A stretch of DNA of 64,000 bases, from contig CAWCPV010000003.1 of NCBI GenBank assembly GCA_963797555.1, positions 736,001 through 800,000 of the forward strand. The letters run 5' to 3'. Of the stretch, positions 33,052 to 42,770 are shown piece after piece (positions within the stretch are counted from its first letter, which is position 1; each line of letters begins with the position of its first letter). The notes under the pieces were generated by a model, which was not told where the DNA came from, ran no database searches, and saw only the letters and a list, made by a program, of their open reading frames with translations. The stretch comes from an uncultured Gammaproteobacteria bacterium. GTDB taxonomy: Bacteria > Pseudomonadota > Gammaproteobacteria > CAWCPV01. Both the position numbers and the translations under genes were made by a program.

Positions 33052-33854
33052 CGTAGCGCGCGCTCCGCCGGCCGCGTGATGCCCAACAGAACCGTGGGGT
33101 TCTCGCGCACCTGCCGGCTGAACTCATTCAGGTTCCGGCTTGCGCCATCCAGGCGATGGGAGAGCGCGTCCACACTTTGGGCGATGACGTGCATGGTAGC
33201 CCGTAGCTCTTGAACCGTCGTCCTGAGGTCCTGGCGGTTGTCTGCCACTAGTCCGTCCACGGCGACGACTAGGTGGTCCAGCGCGTGGGTGACACGCCGG
33301 GCGTCGTTCGAAACCTGGAGGAAATTCTCCGTCAAGGTGTTCACATTCCCGAGCAGGGTGGTCAGGTGCTGGCGGTTCTGCTCGCCAAGGCCCTCGCGGA
33401 GGAAGTCCGCGCTCTCGTTGAGCTTGGCCGTGAGCTTGCGCAGATCCTGGATCAGCGCCGTCGCCTGGGTCTCCGCAATACCAGCGCCATCGATACGCAG
33501 GCGGAGGTTGTCCAGCAGCGGCCGCACGTGCTGGTCCATGAGCTGGCGTACATCGGTGGAGATGCCTCCCATGTCGGCCATGTTCTGACGCATCCCGGCC
33601 ACGGAGTCGTTCATGGCAGGCATCACTCGGACACTTGTCGCCATGGCCCCCATGTCCCTGGTAAGAATGTACAGCAGGTAGAACATGATGATCCCGAGAA
33701 CCAGAAGCGCGACCATGGAGAACCGAATGATTTGAGTCGTGCGGCGCCCGATGCGGATGGCGAGAGCCTCGGTCTTGGTCATCGCCGAATTGAGTTCGCG
33801 CAGCGAGCTCTCCACGATCCGCGCAAGCTCTCCGATATCGTGCGGCTGCGGCAT
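33048..33854 (-). CDS. Membrane-anchored helical protein whose C-terminal half is paralogous to the MlaD helical tail; no MCE domain
   Basis: One TM segment; C-terminus RLDGASRNLNEFSRQVRENPTVLLGITRP matches MlaD RLDGASRNLNEFSRQIRENPALLLGTTRP. Confidence 0.75.
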   Translation of the reverse strand: MPQPHDIGELARIVESSLRELNSAMTKTEALAIRIGRRTTQIIRFSMVALLVLGIIMFYLLYILTRDMGAMATSVRVMPAMNDSVAGMRQNMADMGGISTDVRQLMDQHVRPLLDNLRLRIDGAGIAETQATALIQDLRKLTAKLNESADFLREGLGEQNRQHLTTLLGNVNTLTENFLQVSNDARRVTHALDHLVVAVDGLVADNRQDLRTTVQELRATMHVIAQSVDALSHRLDGASRNLNEFSRQVRENPTVLLGITRPAERALR

Positions 33855-34059
33855 CTCCTGACTCGCTTGTTACGAGATTCGTCGCGAGGCTACCACGGTT
33901 CCCGAGGCGATGGTTATTGTGGGCACACCTCTTCCGCGCCCGCCGGGGATGCATCCGCCGCGACCCCGACGCGTGCGTGGGTCCACGGTCGCTGCCAACC
34001 CTCGGAGGGGAGCGCCTGAGACCCCGGCGCTGGCAGTCCCGTCACGCCTCGCAGCAGGG

Positions 34060-35001
34060 CTATTGTAGCGCGCGCTTGGTCGGCCGTGTGGTGCCCAACA
34101 GCAGCGCCGGGTTCTCGCGGATCTGCCGGCTGAACTCATTGAGGTTGCGGCTGGCACCGTCCAGGCGGTAAGAGACCGAGTCGATGCGCTCGGCTATGAC
34201 ACGCATGGAGGTGCGGAGGTCCTGGACGCTGGCTCTGAAGTCTTCTCGGTTATCTTGCACCAGACCGTCCGCGTCCGCGAGCAGCCGGTCGAGGGCACCG
34301 GTGACATGCCGGACGTCCTGCGACACTTGGAGGAAGTTCTTCGAGAAGGTATTGACGTTGCTGAGAAACGAGGCCAATTGCCTTCGGTTGTCCTGGCCGA
34401 GAGCCTCACCGAGAGAGTCGGCGCTCCTGTCGAGCTTGGCCAGCAGCTTCCGCAAGTCCTGAAACGCAGCCGTGGTTTGGGCCTCGACGTTGGCGGCAAC
34501 GCCATCGACGCGTCGGTTCAGGCTCTGGAGCAAGGGCTGCGCGCTTTCGTCGATGAGTCGACGTGCGTCCGAGGCCACATCGTTGATAGCCGCGAACAGG
34601 TCATCCCCTTCCCTGCCAGGTATCTCCGAATTCGCGGTCAAGAGCTGTCGCGCTCGCCCCTCCAGGATCTCGATCGAGACGGCCGACAACAGGCCACTCA
34701 TGGCTATCTTGGCCACGCTGTCCCGCGGCACCGGCCAGCCTTGTCGGACACTCAGCTCCACCCGATACCGCAGCCCTTGGGCGGACGGTTGCGGCGTCAC
34801 CTTCTCCACCTGCCCCACCTGGTAGCCCTCATAGAGGACGGGCGTGCCGGGCTTGACGCCAGTGACGTTGTGATAGATGACGTAATACGCATCCGTGGGC
34901 CCCCTGCGTCCCGTTATCGCCAGCAGCACGACCACGAAAGCGACCGCCATGGCCAGGACGAAGCTGCCCACCGTCAGGTAGTTGACCGTATCGCGCCTCA
35001 T
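34060..35001 (-). CDS. mlaD: MCE/MlaD family protein with long helical extension
   Basis: NYLTVGSFVL TM, NVTGVKPGTPVLYEGYQVGQV MCE motif, GLLSAVSIEI. Confidence 0.9.
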   Translation of the reverse strand: MRRDTVNYLTVGSFVLAMAVAFVVVLLAITGRRGPTDAYYVIYHNVTGVKPGTPVLYEGYQVGQVEKVTPQPSAQGLRYRVELSVRQGWPVPRDSVAKIAMSGLLSAVSIEILEGRARQLLTANSEIPGREGDDLFAAINDVASDARRLIDESAQPLLQSLNRRVDGVAANVEAQTTAAFQDLRKLLAKLDRSADSLGEALGQDNRRQLASFLSNVNTFSKNFLQVSQDVRHVTGALDRLLADADGLVQDNREDFRASVQDLRTSMRVIAERIDSVSYRLDGASRNLNEFSRQIRENPALLLGTTRPTKRALQ

Positions 35002-35028
35002 CCAGCCTGTAGTCGCTGATCCTGCACG

Positions 35029-35826
35029 TCAGCCGGTGAGGCGGCGGAGGTACTCCTCCGCGTCCACCATCGCCTCCCGCGGGCGTCTGTGCAACAGGTC
35101 CTGCACCCGGGAGTCGTCCGAAGCGCGCACCTCTTCCACCGTGCCCACCAGCAGGATCTCCCCCTGGTCCAGCACGGCGATGCGGTCGGCGATCTTGAGC
35201 GCACTCTCCAACTCGTGGGTGACGACGACGATGGTGGTTCCCATCGCGTCCCGTACTCTCAGGATGAGGTCGTCGAGCTCCGCCGACACCACCGGATCCA
35301 AGCCGGCTGAGGGTTCATCGAAGAACAGCAGCGGCGGGTCCATCACGGTCGCCCGAGCCAAGGCGGCACGCTTGATCATTCCTCCGGATAGCTGAGCGGG
35401 CATCAGCGCGTCGAACCCGCTCAGATTGACCAGCTCCAGCTTCAGGCGGCACATGATGTGAATCGTGCTCTCATCCAGTTGGGTGTGCTCGCGAAGCGGC
35501 AGAGCGACATTCTCGCCCACCGTCATGGACGTGAACAGCGCACCGCCCTGAAAGGCCACTCCCATCTTCTTTCGCAGGTCCTGCATCTGCTGCGCGCTGA
35601 GCAGATTGATGTCCTTGCCGAGAAGCCGGATCGTTCCCGAGGTGGGCCGTTTCAGACCGAGCAGATGCCAAAGCAGCGTGCTCTTCCCGCTGCCGCTTCC
35701 GCCCATGATGACCAGAATCTCTCCCCGGTGAACGCACAGGCTCACGCCCTTGAGGATGACCCGATCCCCGTAGTGGGTGACCAGGCTGTCCACCTCGATG
35801 ACTGGTACAGTGCCGGGTCCCCCCAT
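35029..35826 (-). CDS. mlaF: MlaF-like ABC ATPase
   Basis: GGSGSGKST, FQGGALF, LSGGMIKRAALARA, FFDEPSAGLDP, VVTHEL. Confidence 0.93.
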   Translation of the reverse strand: MGGPGTVPVIEVDSLVTHYGDRVILKGVSLCVHRGEILVIMGGSGSGKSTLLWHLLGLKRPTSGTIRLLGKDINLLSAQQMQDLRKKMGVAFQGGALFTSMTVGENVALPLREHTQLDESTIHIMCRLKLELVNLSGFDALMPAQLSGGMIKRAALARATVMDPPLLFFDEPSAGLDPVVSAELDDLILRVRDAMGTTIVVVTHELESALKIADRIAVLDQGEILLVGTVEEVRASDDSRVQDLLHRRPREAMVDAEEYLRRLTG

Positions 35827-35827
35827 G

Positions 35828-36640
35828 TCAACGCGTGAGAACGAAGGTGAAGGCCATGTCGGCGATGAGAATGTACGCGATCGACAGGACCACCGAGCGG
35901 GTCGTAGCGCGTCCCACGCCCTCGGCTCCCCCCGCGACGCTGAACCCGTTGCTCACCCCAATTAGAACGATGATGACGGCGAACACCAGGCTCTTGAGAA
36001 GGCCATGACGGACGTCGTCCACGCTCAGCACCTCCAGGCTGCGGTCCACATAGGCCTGCAGAGTCATGCCCATCTCGATCCCGCTGTACAGGCCACCGCC
36101 CAGGATCCCCAGCATGTCCGCAAGCAAAGTCAGGCACGGCAACATCAGCAGCATGCCCAGCAAGGCCGGGGCGACCAGATAGCGCACAGGGCTCACGCCC
36201 ATCACGCGCAAGGCGTCGATCTCCTGGGAGACCTGCATGGTTCCGAGACGCGCCGTGAGGGCCGAGCCGGACCTTCCGGCAACCAGGATACCGGTGATGA
36301 GGGGTGCGAACTCCCGCGTGACCGAGAGGGCGATCCCGAGCACGACTTGGGACTCGGCACCAAAGGTCCTGAGAGTGTGGATGCCCTGGATGGCCAGCAT
36401 GACGCCCACTGTCATGGAGAGCACCGCGACGATGGGCACCGCCTGCACCCCCATCTCCATCATCTGGCCGAATACTGCCGCTGCCCGGACGGGCTGGCGC
36501 CGCCGCGCTCCGGCGAGGAGCCAGTAGAGACTCTCGATCAGTAGACTGGCCGCGTAGCCGAGCTCTTCTACGCCTGCCACCGTGCGTCGCCCCACACCCT
36601 CTACGTAGCCGAGGACCGAAGGGCGCCGAGGGGAGGTCAC
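35828..36640 (-). CDS. mlaE: MlaE-like ABC permease
   Basis: REFAPLITGILVAGRSGSA...LGTMQVSQEIDALRVMG, GAEGVGRATTRSVV. Confidence 0.93.
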   Translation of the reverse strand: MTSPRRPSVLGYVEGVGRRTVAGVEELGYAASLLIESLYWLLAGARRRQPVRAAAVFGQMMEMGVQAVPIVAVLSMTVGVMLAIQGIHTLRTFGAESQVVLGIALSVTREFAPLITGILVAGRSGSALTARLGTMQVSQEIDALRVMGVSPVRYLVAPALLGMLLMLPCLTLLADMLGILGGGLYSGIEMGMTLQAYVDRSLEVLSVDDVRHGLLKSLVFAVIIVLIGVSNGFSVAGGAEGVGRATTRSVVLSIAYILIADMAFTFVLTR

Positions 36641-36766
36641 AGCGCGGGCCTCCTCCCGGGCTGCCTGGGGGCGCCGGCCCTGGCCGTTTGTCGGAACCCC
36701 GTGGACCCAGGAGGGGCTTTCAACGGACCCTCTCCGGTCCACTCGGGCGGCGCACCGGCATGAGCT

Positions 36767-37099
36767 TTAATGACCGGCTCGCCGGTATTCGGCCACGGAG
36801 GCATAGATCGGAAACACCTGGTCCAAACGCGCCAGCCGCAGCACGCAGAGCGCCTCGAAGCTCACGTCCACCAAGGCGAAGCGACCCCCACTCTTGCGGG
36901 CGACTTGGTATGCTTCCACGAGACAGGCCACACCGGAGCTGTCGAGGTAGGTGACGCCCGAGAGGTCCACCAGCAGGCTTCCCCGGCGGGTCAGTTCCTG
37001 GAGGACAAGCCGCCGCGCCTCCGGGGAGGAGGAGATGTTGATCTCGCCGGTGAGGAACGCCACCGCGTAGCCGTCCTGCTCCTGCACGGTGTAGGTCAC
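36767..37099 (-). CDS. STAS-domain (anti-anti-sigma / MlaB-like) protein
   Basis: GEINISSSP, VDLSGVTYLDSSG (phospho-acceptor Ser motif), LARLDQVF. Confidence 0.9.
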   Translation of the reverse strand: MTYTVQEQDGYAVAFLTGEINISSSPEARRLVLQELTRRGSLLVDLSGVTYLDSSGVACLVEAYQVARKSGGRFALVDVSFEALCVLRLARLDQVFPIYASVAEYRRAGH

Positions 37100-37180
37100 C
37101 GGGCGCAACCCCTGCGGAGCATCCGCTGCGCCGCGCACAGGCGCGCCCAAGACTGCGGTACCGCCGCCGACACGGGACTG

Positions 37181-37471
37181 AGAGCTTGCAAATAAATCTG
37201 CTGCGCATCCCGATAGCGGCGTTGCGCGGTGGTCATGGCGTACCTCCCTGTACGCCACCCTTCGGGGCGTCCCGCGGACGTGCCGAATGGCTATCCTGCC
37301 ATTCGGTCATGGCGTACCTCCCTGTACGCCACCCTTCGGGGCGTCCCGCGGACGTGCCGAATGGCTGTCCTGCCATTCGGTCGCTCCTCGCCTATCCACT
37401 TGATATGTCTCGTCCCTGCGCTCCGTGCACCTTGCTCTCAAGCCGCTCGCGACGATTTCTTCACAAGCTCT
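37181..37471 (-). repeat. Modular MITE-like repeat, copy E (most complete: 18-bp TIRs, two tandem 74-bp modules at 37231-37304 and 37305-37378)
   Basis: Left end agagcttgcaaataaatc vs right end reverse complement agagcttgtgaagaaatc (15/18); near-exact internal tandem duplication. Confidence 0.9.
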
Positions 37472-37771
37472 GAGAGTTCCTCGCCTATCGACTGGATAGG
37501 ACTCGTAACCGTGCTCCGCCACGTTTAGCTCACAAGTTCAAGGCCAGAAGCATCCGCGAGCACCGGTCCGAGCACCGGCCTGGACTCCCGGCCGCGATGG
37601 TCGCACACACATCTAGTGTTCCCCCCCCGGCGCCGTTCGCCCGGCATTCGTTACCGAGCGCACACAGGGTGAGTCCCCCGGGCCATGAATTGCCGCCAAG
37701 CTCAGCCTGGCGGCATAACGGGCAGATCGAGCTTCTGCCCGCCGCCATTATTCCGCATCCCCGGAGGAATT

Positions 37772-39088
37772 TCACCCGCGTGGGCGGTCTGGCCCATCCG
37801 CCGCTGCTGACGCCGCGTGGGGACTTCCCACCAGCAGCAACGTAATGTCGTCGCGGCGTCTTGAGCTGTGTTCCAGAACTTGTCGCGCGACGCTCTCGAT
37901 CCGTTCTCTTGGAGGAAGCTCAGCAGCCTGCGATAGGGCCTGCTGCAGTCCTTCGATGCCAAAGACCCGCCCCGCGGCGTCTACCGCCTCCGTGATGCCA
38001 TCGGTGAACAGATACAGCAGCCCATCCTGGAGGGACACCTGAGTTTCCGGGATCTGGAGCCCAGACAGCACCCCGAGGGGCGGTCCCGCGTCGCCCACGC
38101 TGTGGTACATGCCGCCCACGGTGCGCAGCAACGGCGCCGGATGTCCGGCATTCGCGAACGTCACCTCCCCTTTCTGCGGGTCGAGCCATCCAGCCACCGC
38201 GCTCACGAATTTCCCGCGAATTGCGGTCTCGTACAGCTCTTCGTTCACGCGCGACAGCAGCTCGGAGGGCGAGGCCAGGGTCTTGCCCAGGCAGCGCAGC
38301 AGACTGATGGATTTGGCCATGAGGAGGGCCGCGTCCACACCTTTGCCGGCCACGTCGCCGATGCTGAAGACAATGCGTCCGTCCGGACACCTGAAATAGT
38401 CGTAGAAGTCTCCGGATACCTCGTAGGCCGGGAGGTTCACGCCGGCCACCGGGAGCGCTGCCGTCCCGGGGCCGGGGAGCAGGCTGCGTTGAATCTCGCC
38501 GGCCAGCTCCAGCTCGCGGCGGATGCGCTCCTGCTCGACCAGCGACTGGGCCATGCCCGCATTGCGGATCGCAAGCGCGGCCAAGGACGCCAGCGCGCCG
38601 AGCACGTGCCGGTCGCGCTCATCGAACAGGCCGTCGCCTCCCTGCTTGTTGAGGACCTCGAGGGCACCGATGCAGGCACTGCCGACACGCAGCGGGGCAC
38701 TCAGGATAGAGCGCGTCAGGAATCCCGTGGTCTGGTCAACGTCCCCGGCGAAGTCCGGGTCCGACCGAACGTCTCTCACCATGTAGCAGGCGGCGTCGCG
38801 CACCGTCCGCCCGACGACGCCCTGACTCACGGGAAGGCGCACACCGGTGATGTCCATGGGGCCGGCGCACGCCCTGCAGACCAGCTCCCCCCCGTCCTCC
38901 AGAAGGAACAGGGAACTCGCTTCCGCATCGAGGTATGACTTCATGCGCCGGACTACGTGCTGCAGCGTCTCCTCGATCTTCAGCGAGCCGGCGAAATCCT
39001 CCGCCGCCGACACCAGCAGCTCGAGGTGCTCGTCGAACTCCGCTCGGGCCTCCGCCTCGCGCAGCCGTTCCGAGGTGACATCAGGCAT
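37772..39088 (-). CDS. GAF plus SpoIIE/PP2C phosphatase (RsbU-like)
   Basis: GAF (GVVG...D..F...VD..TGF.TRSIL.APL); ELELAGEIQRSLLP, VSGDFYD, GDVAGKG, NAGHP, FTDGITEA, DDITLL. Confidence 0.93.
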   Translation of the reverse strand: MPDVTSERLREAEARAEFDEHLELLVSAAEDFAGSLKIEETLQHVVRRMKSYLDAEASSLFLLEDGGELVCRACAGPMDITGVRLPVSQGVVGRTVRDAACYMVRDVRSDPDFAGDVDQTTGFLTRSILSAPLRVGSACIGALEVLNKQGGDGLFDERDRHVLGALASLAALAIRNAGMAQSLVEQERIRRELELAGEIQRSLLPGPGTAALPVAGVNLPAYEVSGDFYDYFRCPDGRIVFSIGDVAGKGVDAALLMAKSISLLRCLGKTLASPSELLSRVNEELYETAIRGKFVSAVAGWLDPQKGEVTFANAGHPAPLLRTVGGMYHSVGDAGPPLGVLSGLQIPETQVSLQDGLLYLFTDGITEAVDAAGRVFGIEGLQQALSQAAELPPRERIESVARQVLEHSSRRRDDITLLLVGSPHAASAAADGPDRPRG

Positions 39089-39577
39089 GGATCGCCTTCC
39101 GGCGCCGCGTGGCCGCCGGACCGCCGACCCCCGCGAGCAGGGGTACGCTGTCAGCCGCAACATCGTCATGGGCTCTTGTGTCGAGGGCGCATGAGCGCCT
39201 CGGTGGTGACGATTATCCTACGGACTCGTCTGGCCCGCACCCGCGCATGCCATCCGCGCGCTGGAGCCCTGGCGGTGCTGAGCCAGTGCCGAAGCGGCGT
39301 TTCTCGTCATTCCCGCCGGGCGCATGGGCACCGGAATACCGTCCGGCAGCCCGCGGCGAGCGAGCATCAAAACCGTTCGGCTGTTGGCTTGGTCATCTCG
39401 GAGACGTTATAACCCATGGCAAGACGCGCTGAACGGAATCCGTAGACCTCTGCTTCAGAGCCAATAGCCGCTGGTCGAGTTTGCGCCTGTCCGCGCTCAC
39501 GCTCGCCGCGGCGCAGGATACGCCGCCAAGCGCCTCGGTCTCGGCAATCACCGGATGCAGCTCGGGCAGTGAGATAT

Positions 39578-39680
39578 TGTGAGTGCATCTGTTGCGCGTT
39601 CCGACGGGAGGCGCTGCGCGGTGCTCATAGCGCACCTCCCTGTACACCACGCCGAATGGCTATCCTGCCATTCGGTCGCG
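39578..39680 (-). repeat. Modular MITE-like repeat, copy F (partial)
   Basis: acctccctgtac...gccgaatggctatcctgccattcggtcgc. Confidence 0.75.
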
Positions 39681-39768
39681 CGGCCACCGGTAAGGTATCC
39701 TGCACATGCATTTGCTCGACCGCCGGACGCACGGATGCGAGAGGATCACGCCGCCCGCTCTCGCCCAT

Positions 39769-40134
39769 TCAGTGCCCCGCCAAGATGAGGACCCACGCCA
39801 TGAGGGCTAGCAGTAGCGTACAAAACACCGCCGCCGAGCCCAGGTCCTTGGAGCGCCCCGCGAGATCGTCGCGTTCCGATCCGCCTCGGTCGACCGCCGC
39901 TTCGATGGAGGAGTTGATTAGCTCTACGATCAGCACCAGCCACCAACTGCCGATGAGCACTATGCGCTCCAGAGCGCTGTGTCCAAAACGGAGCCCCAGC
40001 GGGACCGCAATGGCGAGAACGAGGAGTTCCTGGCGGAACGCCTGCTCATAACGTAGTGCCGCGTGTATGCCCGATACCGAGTAACGTGTCGCCCTGGCAA
40101 CGCGCAGCAAGGGGTTGACACTGTGATTGGACAT
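39769..40134 (-). CDS. dgkA: Diacylglycerol kinase (DgkA)
   Basis: YSVSG..AA.RYEQAFRQE, VELINSSIEAAVDR, SKDLGSAAV. Confidence 0.95.
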   Translation of the reverse strand: MSNHSVNPLLRVARATRYSVSGIHAALRYEQAFRQELLVLAIAVPLGLRFGHSALERIVLIGSWWLVLIVELINSSIEAAVDRGGSERDDLAGRSKDLGSAAVFCTLLLALMAWVLILAGH

Positions 40135-40509
40135 CGGGGGTCTCCAGGGCGGACGCGCAACAATTCTATGCCGATTCGCCGGCGTCGCGGTAATCCCGGA
40201 GTTTCCCGAGGCGCCCTATCGGGCGACGGGGCGCGGTCGCCCATCGCGCGGTACAGACCAAGCTCGTCGCCGAGGATGATGCGCGCCATCATCGCTGCAC
40301 CCCCATGGCGGTGACTAGCTTGTCCATGAGCTCTTCAGTTCGGCCTCGTTCATTGCCTACCTACGTTCTCCGGAAAACACCTACGTATCGGACTGCCTCT
40401 TCCCGTGGAGAATCCTCCTCTCTTTCTGGCCGGGATGCCTGACACCGGACCTCAGCGGCGTGCGTCTTTGGCGCGTCCAGTGAATGACCCGCCGTGCCAG
40501 CCGATCATC

Positions 40510-40710
40510 TCAGACACCCTCCTCCGCCTTGCGCGGTCTTCCTTTCGGCAGCGGTGCCACGCGGCGGGCCGCGGCGGATGCAATCTGTTCCGTGAAACGC
40601 TCCGACCCCAGCACCCACCCCTTGCTGGTAGCCTCGCGAAGCTCCTTCAGCGTCGCTTGCCCGATATGGCCTTTGAACAAGGCGCCGTACGCTGTCTGCC
40701 GCGTAGACTC
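40510..40710 (-). pseudogene. C-terminal remnant of a RAYT-type transposase (not in the ORF track)
   Basis: Manual translation RQTAYGALFKGHIGQATLKELREATSKGWVLGSERFTEQIASAAARRVAPLPKGRPRK aligns with the C-terminus of the 42771-43469 protein. Confidence 0.8.
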
Positions 40711-40841
40711 TTATAGAATTGCGAGCGATGTAGCGCTGGCGGTAGCATGGGCGCCTACTACCCTAATCTGTCTGCGCAAGACCCAGCGAAGCGGGACATG
40801 AGGGACGAGACATTGCGAGGCACTGGACTTTGGAGGGGTCG

Positions 40842-41207
40842 ATGGCAACGGCATGGGACACCCTGACAGGGAAGAGTATTGAGTGGACAGGCGTTCACCA
40901 CTCCGTGCATGGGGACTTCAACGACCTCTCGACCCATGTAGTAAGCTACGAGACCGAAGACACATGGTACGTGACAGCTGATGGGAAACTCGTAGGCGAA
41001 GCGACATACACGTACAAGAAGTTGGACGACCGAATGGCGATCCTGATCTACCGACCCGAGCGCTACCAAGGCAGAGCCGACGTCGTTTTGTACGCAATGC
41101 TGGATTTCGCACAGGCGACCGATCGCGCCGTTATCCTCGCGGGGGGCGAGCCGTTCGCGGTTGCGGACGGCACCATACGCGAAGTCGCTACTCCGCCGCG
41201 ACCGTAG
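40842..41207 (+). CDS. Hypothetical beta-rich protein (possibly MoaF/lipocalin-like)
   Basis: GGAGG RBS, ATG, plausible globular composition; family assignment weak. Confidence 0.65.
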   Translation: MATAWDTLTGKSIEWTGVHHSVHGDFNDLSTHVVSYETEDTWYVTADGKLVGEATYTYKKLDDRMAILIYRPERYQGRADVVLYAMLDFAQATDRAVILAGGEPFAVADGTIREVATPPRP

Positions 41208-41297
41208 CGGTACCGTTCGGGACATGCCGCTTAACGGCGATTAGGGGACCCGACGACAGGTATCAACGCCTCACGCTAGGCGGGGAGCTGCCGGGTC

Positions 41298-42570
41298 TCA
41301 GCCATTCACGATGCCATCCGCGATTCTGGCAGCGAGCGCGACGCCCGTGAGCGTCGGATTGACGGCCATTCGTGTAGGAATCAGCCCGTTCGTTGCCAGG
41401 CGGAGATTGTCGAAACCCCAGACCCGGCCGTTGTAGTCGGCAACGCCGGTACCTGCCGAGCAGGCTGGTGAGCTCGTCCGCATCCCCTTCGGCACCCGCG
41501 AGTCTCGACTCGTCGGCCGCGGAGAGAGGTACTTCGAAACTGGGCCGGCTACGCTCGTCGAAACGGATTCCATTCTTTTCGTCAACGTCGACCGGGCAGA
41601 TGAGTTGCATCTCGACAATTCGGTTCGGGTCGATCGCCACGTCCGGTTCCGTCGGCTTGAATGGCGACACGTCGCGCAGGACTAGCGCATACCACTCCGC
41701 CGCTCCGGTCGGAGGGATCTGCAGGCGCGGCACGCGGTCGGGGACCCCCGGCTCGGCGCACACGCTCGCGTCGAGAACCAGTTGGGTGATCAGGATGGGG
41801 TGGTAGGAAAGCCAGCGCCCCAATGCCCGCGGACGGATCCCGGACCGGTGGAGAAGCTCGGGTGTGCCGATCGCGCCGGCGGCGATGACGACCTCTTTGG
41901 CTTCGATCGTCTCGGTCCCCACGACCACGCCGGTGATCCTGGAGCCATGCCCGACCACGGCGCTCACGTCCGCGCGGGAGATCCGGACCCGCCTGGACGT
42001 GGCCGTCGAACCGGCCAGGATGTCGTATGGCGCGGAGAAATGGAGATCGCCTTCGGCGTCGAACCGGGCGGCAACCGGCAATGCGCTGATAGTGCGTCCA
42101 CGCGCAGCCAGATGACCCGCAAGCTTGGCCCGGATACGTCGCTGGCGCAGCGATGCCTCGAACCCCTCGGCTTCCACCCCGAGATACTTCTCCGCGATCG
42201 CGTAATACTCGTCCCATTGGGCGGATGTGAGGGCACCCCAGCGGGCGTCGCCGCGCGGACAGAGGTTCGTCCAAATCACCCCTTGGCCGCCGCGCGCCCT
42301 CGTGACCGCTGCGCCTGGCAGACGGTCACGGGGGGCCGCGCTGTCGAAGTGCGCGAGATGGCCGGCTGCAACTTCGAGATAGGCGTCCGGATCTCTCCGG
42401 AAGCAAGCATCGTTACGTACATGTGATCCAGGGGGGTCTGAGATCGCGGGCCCCTGCTCGAGGATCAAGACACTCCGCCCGTGCTCGGCGAGTCTGCGCG
42501 CTACGGTCGTACCAAGCGGGCCGCTGCCCACGATCAGCACGTCAAATTTCTGGGCCATCGAGTCCGCCAA
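41298..42570 (-). pseudogene. GMC oxidoreductase (pyranose oxidase-like) with internal deletion/frameshift near 41450
   Basis: DVLIVGSGPLG..VAR.L...G.SVLILEQG, GGQGVIW, VVIAAGAIGTPELL.RSG; tail VADYNGRVWGFDNL...NPTLT lies in another frame and the H-x-x-G-T segment is missing. Confidence 0.8.
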
Positions 42571-42770
42571 ATGGGAGGGTCCTTCGTTGCGCAGACCGGG
42601 GCCTGGAGCCGAACCAACGCCTTAAGTTAACTGGAGGGGCCTGCCGGAGCGGCGAAGCCGCGGAGGCAGGGCCGTTGGGTGGAACGCCTGGTTGGGCGGC
42701 GTGTGTCGACATGGCTCAAGAACGCTGTTCAACGTGGCTTTCATGAACGGGCAACGGGGTCACACACGCA

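Noticed and set aside
37231-37382. Tandem 74-bp repeats as a CRISPR or guide-RNA array
   Set aside because: The units are essentially identical with no variable spacers, there are only two, no cas genes are nearby, and they belong to a dispersed repeat family.
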